This document shows positions 28,216 through 38,621 of a stretch of DNA of 64,000 nt, one piece after another. Position 1 is the stretch's first letter; the number at the start of each line of letters is the position of its first letter. The translations under genes and the position numbers were made by a program. Below the pieces are notes generated by a model that had not been told where the DNA came from, searched no databases, and saw only the letters and a program-made list of their open reading frames with translations. This DNA comes from Pseudomonadota bacterium (GTDB lineage: Bacteria; Bdellovibrionota_F; JAHFAK01; JBDREC01), in assembly GCA_043820105.1 (NCBI GenBank), contig JBDREC010000001.1, forward strand, positions 1 to 64,000. Reading direction: 5' to 3'.

Positions 28216-29808
28216 ATGAAAACATTGGCATTTCATATTAATCTACTAATATTATTAATCATTTTTCCAGTTTTTATAATATCATGTTCAAGCGGAGTAA
28301 CCCAGCTTACAAAACCAGATACAATGGATTGTGCAGACTGCACAGATGATACAGGATCTGGTGGAGAAGGTGAAAACACTGATCAAGATCCAAATCTTGA
28401 TATAGATACTGATTTAGATGGAATAATTGATCAAAATGATAATTGTATTGATACTCCCAATGAAGATCAACTCGATTCAGATGAAGATGGTCTTGGAGAT
28501 GCTTGTGATGATGAAAATGATTTAGATGGAGAAAATGACACTGTAACTTACAGTCTTAATGACATGGAACTTTTTTATTCAAATGGAAACTCTGAATCAT
28601 TAAAATATGAAAATACCCTTAGTAAAGTAATAATTACAAACCTAACAAGAGCTGGTCAAATGGGAGCATATGCCATATCTGCTAATTCTACAGCTGAAGG
28701 AAAGTTATTTAGATATTCATTTTCAAGCCCATCTTCAATGAAAGAGGATTTTTCACAGGAAATAAACACAGACATAAACCCAACAGATATAGCTATTTGT
28801 AATATAGATGGAAATCCATATACAGTAGTTGCAACAGATTCAACAACTGAAAACCAAGCAAGAATATTCATCTATAACAATAATGGTAACCTAAACAGCT
28901 CAGGTGCTGATGACTTACCTGATTCAGTTTATATCTCAAGCATTGCATGTGGAGATGCAGATGGAGATGGAGATGATGAAGTATTAGCAGGCACTATGTC
29001 CACTGGAAATTTTAGCTCAAAAACGATCCAAAGATGGTATCTATATGATACTCCAAAGCCTGAGGCCACAATAGCTCTAGTCACAATAGCAGCAGGTGGT
29101 GGACAATCCACAAGTGATCCTAATTATATTGGTGGCACATGGGGAACAAATTCCTCTGTAACCAGCGTTGCAATTGGAGATATCGACAATAATGGTTTTT
29201 CTGAAATAGCAATTGGTAGAAAAGGTGGAGCTGATATAAACGCAAAGCTTTTTATTTATGAACTTAATCCTGATAATTCTTTATACGAACAAAAATTTAC
29301 AATGCCTCTAGGCTCCTTTTTTATAAAAGACATTGCTTATGGCTTTCAAAATGGCGAAAATGTTATTGCCGTTGCCTCAAGTTCAGGCACACAAGGCGAA
29401 AATAGAATTCAAATATTTTCATATGAAAATGCTACTTATAATTTTGTAAAATCATATGCAAGTGAATGGGAAAATAACATTGTTACATCAAGCATTGCAT
29501 TTGGTGATATTGATGGAAATGGTAGTGAAGAGCTGGTAGCTGGAAGATACACTTATTATTCAAGTTCCATTCAAGATTTCAATAATTCAAGTGATAAAAG
29601 ATGGGTCTTATATGATGACAACACCTCAGCTGAAATCTTTGCTGGTGGTGGAGAAACAGATGCCTGGGATGAAAATATTTGGGTAACTGATGTTTCAATG
29701 GGTGACTTAAATGGTGATGGAATAAACGAACTTGCAGTCTCCCTTAATAGTAATCCAAGCCAAGATAAGATTATTTTTTACACACCTGACCTAACAGAAA
29801 ATCAATAG
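28216..29808 (+). CDS. Lipoprotein with thrombospondin type-3 repeat and FG-GAP-like propeller
   Basis: Lipobox IISC; DNCIDTPNEDQLDSDEDGLGDACD; GDADGDGDDEV, GDIDNNGFSEI, GDIDGNGSEEL, GDLNGDGINEL. Confidence 0.85.
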   Translation: MKTLAFHINLLILLIIFPVFIISCSSGVTQLTKPDTMDCADCTDDTGSGGEGENTDQDPNLDIDTDLDGIIDQNDNCIDTPNEDQLDSDEDGLGDACDDENDLDGENDTVTYSLNDMELFYSNGNSESLKYENTLSKVIITNLTRAGQMGAYAISANSTAEGKLFRYSFSSPSSMKEDFSQEINTDINPTDIAICNIDGNPYTVVATDSTTENQARIFIYNNNGNLNSSGADDLPDSVYISSIACGDADGDGDDEVLAGTMSTGNFSSKTIQRWYLYDTPKPEATIALVTIAAGGGQSTSDPNYIGGTWGTNSSVTSVAIGDIDNNGFSEIAIGRKGGADINAKLFIYELNPDNSLYEQKFTMPLGSFFIKDIAYGFQNGENVIAVASSSGTQGENRIQIFSYENATYNFVKSYASEWENNIVTSSIAFGDIDGNGSEELVAGRYTYYSSSIQDFNNSSDKRWVLYDDNTSAEIFAGGGETDAWDENIWVTDVSMGDLNGDGINELAVSLNSNPSQDKIIFYTPDLTENQ

Positions 29809-29824
29809 CGTAAATAAAAAAACT

Positions 29825-29919
29825 TTCCCTTTTTTGAAAAAAAGATTCCCTTGTAATATGACATAAGCCTTCAATATATTTAAACTTATCAAACCATGCC
29901 GAAATGGCACACAATTTGC
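29825..29919 (+). promoter_or_regulatory. Sigma-54 promoter plus upstream box
   Basis: TTCCCTTTTTTGAAAAAAAGA (ends 29845); TGGCAC-ACAAT-TTGC (29905-29919); spacing 69 bp. Confidence 0.85.
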
Positions 29920-29960
29920 GATATAAATAACAAAACAAAGAATTTCAAGGAGAGCAAGAA

Positions 29961-31124
29961 ATGAAAAAAATTATATCAATTATATCATTAAGCATATTAT
30001 TAGTTTATATATCACTCCTTATTATTAGTTGTGGTGGTTCCGCTCAAGTCCAAAAACCTTCGACACCAGATGATTCACTAACACTTCCACCAATTGGAGA
30101 TGGGGATAGTGATATTATCGGTGACGGCGGTGGTGATGGTGACGGCGATGGTGATGGTGACGGCGATGGTGATGGCGACGGCGATGGTGATGGTGATGTT
30201 GATGGCGATGGTGACGGTGAGGGAGATGGTGACGGTGAGGGAGATGGTGATGGTGACCTTGGGCTTCCAATTCAACTAAACTTTCAAGATTCTCTACTTA
30301 TTACAAAAAAATCAAGTTACTGCCAAGATAGTGATCAAGATGGATATGTAAACGAATCATCTTGTAGTATGTATCAGGCAAGCGCAAAACCAGCAAACTA
30401 TATACTTGCTAGTACAAGTTTGGGAAATGATTGTGACGATAACAATAACACTATCAATCCTGGTGTAATCGAATCGTATGGAGACAGAATAGATAATGAT
30501 TGTGATGGTGGCGTTGATAATAATATAGCTATTGGAGGAGAACATGAAATTTCAACTCATATACAACATGGTTCTGGAGGCAATTGGTATAGAGCGGATT
30601 GCCCACAAAAAAAAGTAATAACAAGACTCACTGCTTATGAATCAACGGAGGGCCTGGAAGATATTACAAAAATAATTGCTCGATGTAATGAAGTAACTTC
30701 TAATGGAAGTTATAATCCTGACGAAGACTCAAATCAGTGGGTTCGCTCATGCTCTGATGAATATGTCTCAGATCAATATCAACATTCATATATTGATAGT
30801 ATTTATAAGAACAATGACCAAACTAAACCTCAACTACCAGTAGGTGTAACGGTTAAATATGCTTCATCAAGCAATGCTTATCTGATTCAAAGACTACAAT
30901 TAAGATACAGTTTTTTAGATAATATTCTGTATAAAAATCTTGGAAATAACGAGTATGAACCATACAAGGGGCGTGAAATCATAGAAAACTACGGAAACCC
31001 ATATTGGACAACAGATTTGTTTTGCAATAACAATCAAGTATTAACCTCAATAGCCCTTTACTCTCACGAGGGATATAATAAGGGTATAAAAATTTGGTGT
31101 CGTGATATAGGCATTGCTGAATGA
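29961..31124 (+). CDS. Lipoprotein with Gly-Asp tract, MopE-like putative metal-binding motif and Cys-containing C-terminal domain (family B)
   Basis: Lipobox IISC; GD repeats; DCDDNNNTINPGVIE..GDRIDNDCDG. Confidence 0.85.
   Translation: MKKIISIISLSILLVYISLLIISCGGSAQVQKPSTPDDSLTLPPIGDGDSDIIGDGGGDGDGDGDGDGDGDGDGDGDGDVDGDGDGEGDGDGEGDGDGDLGLPIQLNFQDSLLITKKSSYCQDSDQDGYVNESSCSMYQASAKPANYILASTSLGNDCDDNNNTINPGVIESYGDRIDNDCDGGVDNNIAIGGEHEISTHIQHGSGGNWYRADCPQKKVITRLTAYESTEGLEDITKIIARCNEVTSNGSYNPDEDSNQWVRSCSDEYVSDQYQHSYIDSIYKNNDQTKPQLPVGVTVKYASSSNAYLIQRLQLRYSFLDNILYKNLGNNEYEPYKGREIIENYGNPYWTTDLFCNNNQVLTSIALYSHEGYNKGIKIWCRDIGIAE
30120..30257 (+). repeat. Coding hexamer repeat, imperfect (Gly-Asp)n
   Basis: GGY-GAY units over 46 codons. 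Confidence 0.9.
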
Positions 31125-31152
31125 GGATTAACATTAAAAAGGATAACAAGTT

Positions 31153-32661
31153 ATGCAAAAAATATATTTAAACCTTTTAATAATAATTACAATAATAGCA
31201 GCATTCCTATCTATTGCTTCCTGTTCTGGAACATCCTCAGTAGATATGCCCTCGTCAGAAACTAAAGATGGTATTGTTAACACAAGTGAAGACATAGATA
31301 ATAAAATTGATCAAAGCGAAGATGATGGAACTGATAATAGTGCAGGAGATGGTGATGGCGATGGAGACATAGATATCAATGATTTTGATCTTGATACAAT
31401 TCTAAACGATTTAGACAATTGTCCAGAAATATTTAACCAAGATCAATTAAATCTAGATGATGATGAATTTGGTGATGCATGTGATAATGATCTTGATGGT
31501 GATAGTCATGATAATTCTATTGATAATTGTGAATTAGTTCCAAATCCAAACCAAGAAGACCAAGATGAAGATGGAACAGGTGACCTTTGTGAAGATGATC
31601 TTGATGGAGATACAATACATAATAATAATGATAACTGTCCTGATGTTTTCAACCAAGACCAATTAAACCTAGATGGTGATGAGCTTGGTAATGCCTGTGA
31701 TGATGATGACGACAATGATGGTGTTTTGGATGGATCTGACAACTGTCCTCTAGATGCTAATTCAGACCAAGCAAATAATGATTCTGATTCAAGTGGTGAT
31801 ATTTGTGATGACGATGATGATAATGATGGTGTTAATGATAACCATCCAGACAATTGCCTATTCACAGCAAACCCTGATCAGAATGATACCGACTCAGATG
31901 GCCAAGGAGATGAATGTGATACAGATATCGATAATGATTCCTTATCCAATAATGATGAAACAAGTACTTATGGAACAGATCCACTTGACCCAGACACAGA
32001 TGATGATGGTCTAACAGATGGAGAAGAAATAATCGGTGATACTGATCCAAATAATCCTGATTGTGATGATGATGGAATTTTAGATGGAGATGATAACAAT
32101 CCTTTATCTCCTGATATGCCAATAAGTGTAAGTTTATGTATATCAGATGAATATATTAACAACTGGGATAATAATAGTTCAAATAACTCTTCAAACAAAA
32201 CATTCGCAACTAAATTAAGATTTAGAAGAGCCCTTGGTTATGCAGTTTATGTTATCGAAGTATTAAAAGGAAGAACCGGACCTGAGATTCAATATTATTA
32301 TATCGGTGGCACACAAAACACCTGGAAAACTGTAAAGCAACTTTCAAGACCAGCAGGAGATGTAATTACAAGTTTTGAAAGTGAATCACTAGACTCTAAT
32401 GATTTTGAAGCACATGCCGCAAATGGATACTATAAGTTTAACACAACTTCAGAGTGGGTAAACATATGGATTTCCAATTTCAGACTAGATTCAAAAGATA
32501 ATTTGGTATCTGGCAACAAAACTTTAGCAGACTCAGACAATAATATAAAAATAAGAGTAAAGGGAGCTTATATGGATTCATCGGCTTATTCAGAAACTGA
32601 ATGGAGCACAACAATTGGACCATTAACACCAGCAGATATGCAAGATTGCTGGTCTGAATAA
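31153..32661 (+). CDS. Lipoprotein with multiple thrombospondin type-3 Ca-binding repeats (family C)
   Basis: Lipobox IASC; five DNCx3xNxxQxxxDxDxxGDxC units plus DPLDPDTDDDGLTDGEE. Confidence 0.9.
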   Translation: MQKIYLNLLIIITIIAAFLSIASCSGTSSVDMPSSETKDGIVNTSEDIDNKIDQSEDDGTDNSAGDGDGDGDIDINDFDLDTILNDLDNCPEIFNQDQLNLDDDEFGDACDNDLDGDSHDNSIDNCELVPNPNQEDQDEDGTGDLCEDDLDGDTIHNNNDNCPDVFNQDQLNLDGDELGNACDDDDDNDGVLDGSDNCPLDANSDQANNDSDSSGDICDDDDDNDGVNDNHPDNCLFTANPDQNDTDSDGQGDECDTDIDNDSLSNNDETSTYGTDPLDPDTDDDGLTDGEEIIGDTDPNNPDCDDDGILDGDDNNPLSPDMPISVSLCISDEYINNWDNNSSNNSSNKTFATKLRFRRALGYAVYVIEVLKGRTGPEIQYYYIGGTQNTWKTVKQLSRPAGDVITSFESESLDSNDFEAHAANGYYKFNTTSEWVNIWISNFRLDSKDNLVSGNKTLADSDNNIKIRVKGAYMDSSAYSETEWSTTIGPLTPADMQDCWSE

Positions 32662-32694
32662 AACTTATGTTTATACCAAATTTCAGGAGGAAAA

Positions 32695-34293
32695 ATGAAA
32701 AGAAACTTAAGAAACTACTTATCAATGGTTCTAACATTAACAATTGCCTTATTTTTTGTAGGCTGCACAAGCTCAAACAATTCAAGTTATGAAAACAGTG
32801 CTTTTTCAGAAATGCTTGTTAGTAGCGGAGTTGATGCATCTGAACTTGGAACACTTGGAATTGTCGTTAAAAATATTTCAGCACCACTTGATTCAGTATC
32901 AATTTCAATTTCATATACTAATGACATGGATAATCCAATTTATAATGCTGTTGATCTAGTAGAATCAACTGGAACATATGCATCTGAAGTGGAATTACTT
33001 TTAGAAAACAACTATACAATTACCTTAAATGGAAACATCGCAAGTCATGCAGTTGAAATTATAAAAACAATTAATTTCACTGCTTCTGGACAACTTGTAG
33101 AATTCAACTACTTTACTGCTTTGCAAGAATCTGGTGTATGTAATGATATAATTCTAACATTTGATCCCCAAATTATTGAAGATCCTTCAAGCTCTACATT
33201 AAAAACAATTGAATTTGCAATTACTGATCATACAACAGGGTCTTTATTTGACCTCTCTACATCAAATGTTGACTTAGATATAACAAAAAATGGAAACCCT
33301 CTTGCTGTTAATGAAGTTTCAGTTACAAATCCAATTCAATATAGCTTTGATATTGCAAGCTCAGGTGATGGATATTTTGATTTTGATCTTTCAATAAGCA
33401 ATGACTGCTTTGCAATTGATTTTGATGTTAGTGAATTAATTGCCTCACCAATTGGTATAACAGCAAATGAAGTTTTATTTTCAAATAACATTGACAGCCT
33501 TTCAAGTGATGTAAATGGAAAAGGTTTTGTGAGTGTATTCTATGATGTATCACTTTCATTTGATAGTACAGAAGATTTTTCAAGCTATGACATTGAACAT
33601 TACGCAACAATTATTTTAAAAGTTGAAGATGCAACAGAAGCTGATGGTTTTGCTGAAATTGAAACCTTTGATCATATTTTAATTGAAGACAGTGGCCTTA
33701 TTACTTTTAATGAACGCCTACAAACAGATGGCCTTGTATACTATATAGACTTTGAACTTGAATCAACAGTAGTTGACAACACAATTTATCCGGCCAGCTC
33801 TTCTATGACTGCCATAGGCAACTATATTGAATCAACTGACACTATAAATGTAAATGTTGCTTCAGTTTATTATGAAGATCCAGCCACTGAAGATACACCA
33901 ATGATAATAGAATTATCACAACTTATTTTCAGAGCTTTTAAGTATAATAATGAGGGAGACGCTGATCTTGATAATGTTGTAAAATGTCTAGATGGCCATA
34001 TTGCATGCGATTCAAGCAATTTGTTTGAAATCGGAATTGAACCTGTTTCACTTCAATACTCAGGAGAATATGGTGTTTTAGATTTTACAATCACAAATGA
34101 TGAAGATGATTTTAACTGGTTTGATAATCTTTTAGTTGTAATAGATGGACCAATCACATGGGCAAAAGAAAGTTTTATAATTGAAGTTGATCAAGCTTAT
34201 GCTAGCGGTACAGCTAGTTTTAGCTATATGGCACCTAATTGCACAAGTTATGAAAACTCAGCAAGTAGCGCAGCGATAACTAGCGCACAATAG
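32695..34293 (+). CDS. Acidic lipoprotein (paralog family A N-terminus)
   Basis: AGGAGG RBS; lipobox FVGC. Confidence 0.8.
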   Translation: MKRNLRNYLSMVLTLTIALFFVGCTSSNNSSYENSAFSEMLVSSGVDASELGTLGIVVKNISAPLDSVSISISYTNDMDNPIYNAVDLVESTGTYASEVELLLENNYTITLNGNIASHAVEIIKTINFTASGQLVEFNYFTALQESGVCNDIILTFDPQIIEDPSSSTLKTIEFAITDHTTGSLFDLSTSNVDLDITKNGNPLAVNEVSVTNPIQYSFDIASSGDGYFDFDLSISNDCFAIDFDVSELIASPIGITANEVLFSNNIDSLSSDVNGKGFVSVFYDVSLSFDSTEDFSSYDIEHYATIILKVEDATEADGFAEIETFDHILIEDSGLITFNERLQTDGLVYYIDFELESTVVDNTIYPASSSMTAIGNYIESTDTINVNVASVYYEDPATEDTPMIIELSQLIFRAFKYNNEGDADLDNVVKCLDGHIACDSSNLFEIGIEPVSLQYSGEYGVLDFTITNDEDDFNWFDNLLVVIDGPITWAKESFIIEVDQAYASGTASFSYMAPNCTSYENSASSAAITSAQ

Positions 34294-34311
34294 TACAACA
34301 ATATTTTTAGG

Positions 34312-34525
34312 TTGAAAAATTAAAAGGTTAAATCATGTATTTATATTTACTTTTATATTAATACTTATTGGTTGTAATGCATCAAATAATCCAAGCGTAC
34401 AAGAAGCCTCAAATCAAGCCCTGACAATACTAATTGCTGTTATGAATTTTTCAAATGGTCATTATACGGATTTTGGAGAAACATCAGATACATTTGTTCC
34501 CTCACAATTACCCTTATGCCAATAA
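34312..34525 (+). pseudogene. Lipoprotein gene remnant
   Basis: Frame reads KIKRLNHVFIFTFILILIGCNASNNPSVQE..., similar to IGCGATNNPSFNE of 23619; TTG start at 34312 is one base out of frame across an A5 run. Confidence 0.5.
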
Positions 34526-34614
34526 ATAAAATAAAATCTAGCAACAAATAATTTATAATCCAGGATCGAACTGCTTACAGGGAAGTTTACATTCGTTTAC
34601 AATTCAGGAAATTT

Positions 34615-34707
34615 TTCCGCGTTTTGTAAAAAAGAAAAATTACAGCCCTCTGTAACCACTTATAATAACAGCGATTTAACTCAAAAGGCCAATGGCACAC
34701 CTCTTGC
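34615..34707 (+). promoter_or_regulatory. Sigma-54 promoter plus upstream box
   Basis: TTCCGCGTTTTGTAAAAAAGA (ends 34635); TGGCAC-ACCTC-TTGC (34693-34707); spacing 67 bp. Confidence 0.8.
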
Positions 34708-34753
34708 GATAAATAGAAATATATAACAAATTTTTTTCCCAAAATGGAGAAAT

Positions 34754-34849
34754 ATGAATGTTTTAATTAAACTTCAAACTGAATCTGCTTGGTCAGGTGC
34801 TTATGGTTCTTTTACAGCACCAAAATTATCTGACTGTGGATTTTTTTAA
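34754..34849 (+). CDS. Candidate 31-aa small ORF/leader peptide MNVLIKLQTESAWSGAYGSFTAPKLSDCGFF
   Basis: GGAG RBS; first ORF after the sigma-54 promoter. Confidence 0.4.
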   Translation: MNVLIKLQTESAWSGAYGSFTAPKLSDCGFF

Positions 34850-34886
34850 AGAATATAAAATAAAATTTTTCAATCAGGAGGAAAAA

Positions 34887-36464
34887 ATGGGAAAGTTTAA
34901 AAAGAGTTTAATTTTAATTAGTGCAACTGCCCTTGCATCAATGATGCTTTTTTCATGTGGTGATGTTGTAATTGATAAAATTAATGTAGCAATGAATGCA
35001 GAAGGAGAGATTTCAATAGATGAAGCAGATTACGTAGAACCTCAAGTTTCAGATGAAGTATTAGAATTAGATGGAAACATTGATATCGATGCTGAGATTG
35101 ATATAAATATAGATTCAGGAAATACCAGTGATGCGATAGAAGATATTGAGAACGATAGTATTAATGATGAAAATGATTCTAATCAAAATATTCCATCAGA
35201 ACCAGAAGATGGAAATACAATTGATATCGGCGACGGCGATGGTGATGGTGATGGCGATGGCGATGGTGATGGTGATGGCGATGGTGATGGTGACGGCGAT
35301 GGTGATGGTGATGGCGATGGTGATGGTGATGGCGATGGTGATGGTGATGGTGACGGCGATGGTGATGGTGATGGTGACGGCGATGGTGATGGTGATGGCG
35401 ATGGTGACGGTGATACGGTAACAATTTTAGATTCAGATAGAGACAGAGTAGCAGATGCAATTGACAATTGCCCCACAACACCAAATCGTGATCAAAGTGA
35501 TGTAGATAAAGATGGAATTGGTGATGTATGCGATTCAGATTATCTATCTGGTGATGGCGATGGTGACGGTGATTCCAATTTTAACATTAGACCAACAAGT
35601 GATATCAGATATTATGCGGATGTTGACAGAGATGGATATGGAGATCTTTTCAACTCAACAACAGCGCCAGCCGACAGAATGCCAAAAGGTTATGTTACTA
35701 ATTCAGATGACTGCGACGATACAGATGCTGCGATAAATCCAGCAGCCGTAGAACTAGAAGATGGCATTGACAATAACTGTGATGGAATCATTTCTGACAC
35801 TTTAACAACAAGTGGCTACACAGTAGAATCAAGCACCAACCAGGATGGCCATTATAGCCTCATCCAAGGCGGCTCCTGGTATCATAAAGTCTGTGATGAA
35901 TCCAAGGTTATTACAAAGCTTGTTTCTCATTATTCGACAAATCACATCGATAACTTCGCTGCTAGACTTGGATTTAGATGCAATGAAGTAAATGAAGAAG
36001 GCTTCTATAATACAAGTGGTCACACTTCTTATGCCCTTGAAACGGTTTCTTCTTACACAGGCACAAATAGAAGAGACGCTGAATTTTCATATTTATCAGG
36101 AAATGGTTATGTGCTTCCGATTGGAATGAATGTTATTTATGATAATGTTCTTAAATCAATTACAAAGTTTGACCTTGTTTATGCAAGAACAAGTGAAATC
36201 GCTGCTCAAGATATTCAGGTTGCAAACATGACACCAAGTGATCCAGTTGACGGTAACTTTGTCCGTAACAAAACTCTTACCTGCCCTGAAGGCAAAGTAT
36301 TAAGAGGAATCGGAATCAAAAAAGCAGACATCAATGATTATCTGGATGAATTTCAAACAACAGATCCATTGTTATATGCAGCCAAATTACCTTTCAGAGA
36401 CTTAGATGAATCAAGGAAATTTGCAGGCTTCAGAATTTATTGTTCTGATTTAGCCGAAAACTAA
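34887..36464 (+). CDS. Lipoprotein with (Gly-Asp)31 tract, TSP3 repeat, MopE-like motif and family-B C-terminal domain
   Basis: ATG 34887 with AGGAGG; lipobox [30 protein letters not shown]. Confidence 0.85.
   Translation: MGKFKKSLILISATALASMMLFSCGDVVIDKINVAMNAEGEISIDEADYVEPQVSDEVLELDGNIDIDAEIDINIDSGNTSDAIEDIENDSINDENDSNQNIPSEPEDGNTIDIGDGDGDGDGDGDGDGDGDGDGDGDGDGDGDGDGDGDGDGDGDGDGDGDGDGDGDGDGDGDGDTVTILDSDRDRVADAIDNCPTTPNRDQSDVDKDGIGDVCDSDYLSGDGDGDGDSNFNIRPTSDIRYYADVDRDGYGDLFNSTTAPADRMPKGYVTNSDDCDDTDAAINPAAVELEDGIDNNCDGIISDTLTTSGYTVESSTNQDGHYSLIQGGSWYHKVCDESKVITKLVSHYSTNHIDNFAARLGFRCNEVNEEGFYNTSGHTSYALETVSSYTGTNRRDAEFSYLSGNGYVLPIGMNVIYDNVLKSITKFDLVYARTSEIAAQDIQVANMTPSDPVDGNFVRNKTLTCPEGKVLRGIGIKKADINDYLDEFQTTDPLLYAAKLPFRDLDESRKFAGFRIYCSDLAEN
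35229..35414 (+). repeat. Coding hexamer repeat encoding (Gly-Asp)31
   Basis: 186 bp of uninterrupted GGY-GAY. Confidence 0.95.
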
Positions 36465-36474
36465 AATTTAACAT

Positions 36475-36499
36475 GTAGGGGAGGGGCTTGTCCCCTCCC
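36475..36499 (+). repeat. GTAG-type REP element
   Basis: GTAGGGGAGGGGCTTGTCCCCTCCC; near-identical to the copies at 15872 and 16361. Confidence 0.85.
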
Positions 36500-36516
36500 T
36501 CTTAAGGGAGGATACC

Positions 36517-37416
36517 ATGAAAAAACTACAAGGAACAAAACAATTTTTAACAATTATAATTCTACTAATTACAAACAGCTTTTTTATTTTAAACTGCGGA
36601 TCCGCGGGAAACAACCTTGGCATAAACCTGGAAGAAAAAGAAACATATTTTGAAGAAATAATTCTTGAAGAATATGTTGAGTCAGGCACAGAAGTTACAT
36701 TTAATTTTAAAAATGCATCACCACAACCAGCTTCTCAGCCTTCAACACAGGATGTTTCTTTAGCAATTCATGCAGGTTCTGATCTTGATAACTTAGGTGA
36801 GACTGTAGTAACAGCTTCCTTTAACTCAGATGCAACATATGCAACAACATTACAGGCTCAAGATTATGTTGCAGTAGCAACTTTAATATATAACACAGAA
36901 ACCATAGTTATAAAAAAAGTTTTTACCGTTGGATCTACGGCAATTACAGTGACCATGGAATATTTCTACGGCACAAACGAAACAGCTCCAGCAAAACCAG
37001 CAATAACTAGAGCTGTAGCAACAGACGTTTCAGTAACTGAACATTCTGTTATGTTTTCAGGATTTCCTACAATTTGTTATCAAAAAGCAAGCTCAACATT
37101 AGCTGGCAAAGTTTATATAGATTTCACAGGAATTTCAGAACTCGTAACAGTTCATGGTTATAACATAGAGGATTTATCCTGGAGAACCGAAATTGAAGTA
37201 TCAGAAATTGCAGCTCTTAGAATTGCAAGAGCAAACAATACTCCTAGAGGTCAAGATAGCAATGTTTTCGATGAACTCGTTGAAAGTGCTGATCTTGAAA
37301 CAGACTCCGTTAATGTTGAAATTGTTTTATTTGTTGAGGATTTAAATGATGATAATGTTTCAGAAGCAAGTATTACTTATAGCGAAATTGTAACTTCTGA
37401 ATTTTTTTGCAATTAA
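36517..37416 (+). CDS. Lipoprotein (paralog family A)
   Basis: GGGAGG RBS; lipobox ILNC. Confidence 0.8.
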   Translation: MKKLQGTKQFLTIIILLITNSFFILNCGSAGNNLGINLEEKETYFEEIILEEYVESGTEVTFNFKNASPQPASQPSTQDVSLAIHAGSDLDNLGETVVTASFNSDATYATTLQAQDYVAVATLIYNTETIVIKKVFTVGSTAITVTMEYFYGTNETAPAKPAITRAVATDVSVTEHSVMFSGFPTICYQKASSTLAGKVYIDFTGISELVTVHGYNIEDLSWRTEIEVSEIAALRIARANNTPRGQDSNVFDELVESADLETDSVNVEIVLFVEDLNDDNVSEASITYSEIVTSEFFCN

Positions 37417-37445
37417 AATATTTAAGTATATTAAAAGGAATAAAA

Positions 37446-38432
37446 ATGAAAACTTTAATTAATCATACATTATTAACAATCTTATTTAGTCTTGTAATTT
37501 CATTCATTATAAGCTGCGGAACAGAGGCCTCAAACATAAAAGACACTGGTCTTGAAAACCAGGAAGATTTGGCTCTTTTAGTTGAAGATTCGGAACAAGC
37601 CTTGATTGATAAAGTTGAATCAGACGATGAAGAAGCTTTAAATCAAATTTCAGAAAACCAGGATCCGTCTGAAATAGCAGTGGAACAAGACACAGAAGCT
37701 TCTATAAATGAGCCCCCCTTAGCAGAACCTGAAAATATCGTAATTATAATAGACTCAGACTCAGATGGTATTTCTGATGAACATGAAGCCTTACTAGGAA
37801 CCAATCCATTCAGCGCAGATTCTGATTATGATGGATTAGAGGATTTTTATGAACTAAGTATTTTGCATACAGATCCATTAAGCCAGGACACTGACCTTGA
37901 TGGAATCCTTGATGCAGATGATGTAAATCCTCTTTCAAATGATGTGCCAATTACTTTATCAATATGTAAAAGTGATCAAGATTTATGGGGACCCTCTGAT
38001 ACTCTTGATGGTAACACTGCCTCAAGAATCAGCTTTAAAGCGGTGGAGGGTTTTACTTATTATCTTATAGAAGTAGAAAAAACCAGAATTTCGGGTCTCG
38101 GAAAATATGAATATCTACTAATAGATTTGTCAAAAACGGAATCATTTAATATTAGATATGCAAATTCCGAAACTCAAATAACAGAAGAAACAGGATTCCT
38201 AGCAGTTTTTAAATATTCTTCAAGACAAGCCTTTACAGAAATAAATGGAGACTATATTAGCCATTATATTGACAACTATACTTTTGATTCTTATGACTAT
38301 TCATCAGCAATAGACAATCACTTAAACATAAAAATCTCAGCTTATGATATAAATACCGACACAAGGCAAGCTTGGTCAATAGAACATTTATTAAACATAA
38401 GCCCAGCTAATTCAATCGATTGTCTTGATTAA
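37446..38432 (+). CDS. Lipoprotein with bacterial TSP3-like repeats and family-C C-terminal domain
   Basis: ATG 37446; lipobox IISC; DSDSDGISDEHE..GTNP...DSDYDGLED; C-terminal half similar to 31153-32661. Confidence 0.85.
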   Translation: MKTLINHTLLTILFSLVISFIISCGTEASNIKDTGLENQEDLALLVEDSEQALIDKVESDDEEALNQISENQDPSEIAVEQDTEASINEPPLAEPENIVIIIDSDSDGISDEHEALLGTNPFSADSDYDGLEDFYELSILHTDPLSQDTDLDGILDADDVNPLSNDVPITLSICKSDQDLWGPSDTLDGNTASRISFKAVEGFTYYLIEVEKTRISGLGKYEYLLIDLSKTESFNIRYANSETQITEETGFLAVFKYSSRQAFTEINGDYISHYIDNYTFDSYDYSSAIDNHLNIKISAYDINTDTRQAWSIEHLLNISPANSIDCLD

Positions 38433-38483
38433 GGGAAAAAGTCCCTGGTTCAAACCCACAATTCTGCAGCAAACACCTTTTAA

Positions 38484-38578
38484 TTCCAATTTTTGAATAA
38501 AAGACAGCCAAAAACCAAACAATATCACCCCAATATCATTAAACAATATCCATTCCTCTCAAATGGCACAGATTTTGA
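38484..38578 (+). promoter_or_regulatory. Sigma-54 promoter plus upstream box
   Basis: TTCCAATTTTTGAATAAAAGA (ends 38504); TGGCAC-AGATT-TTGA (38564-38578); spacing 69 bp. Confidence 0.8.
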
Positions 38579-38621
38579 ATTAATTTTCGTTATACTTAGG
38601 ATAATTTCAAGGAGATAAGAA

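Noticed and set aside
35146-35484. His-rich, Pro-Ser and Met-Val ORFs in other frames (also 30078-30279)
   Set aside because: Shadow translations of the GGY-GAY repeat inside real lipoprotein genes
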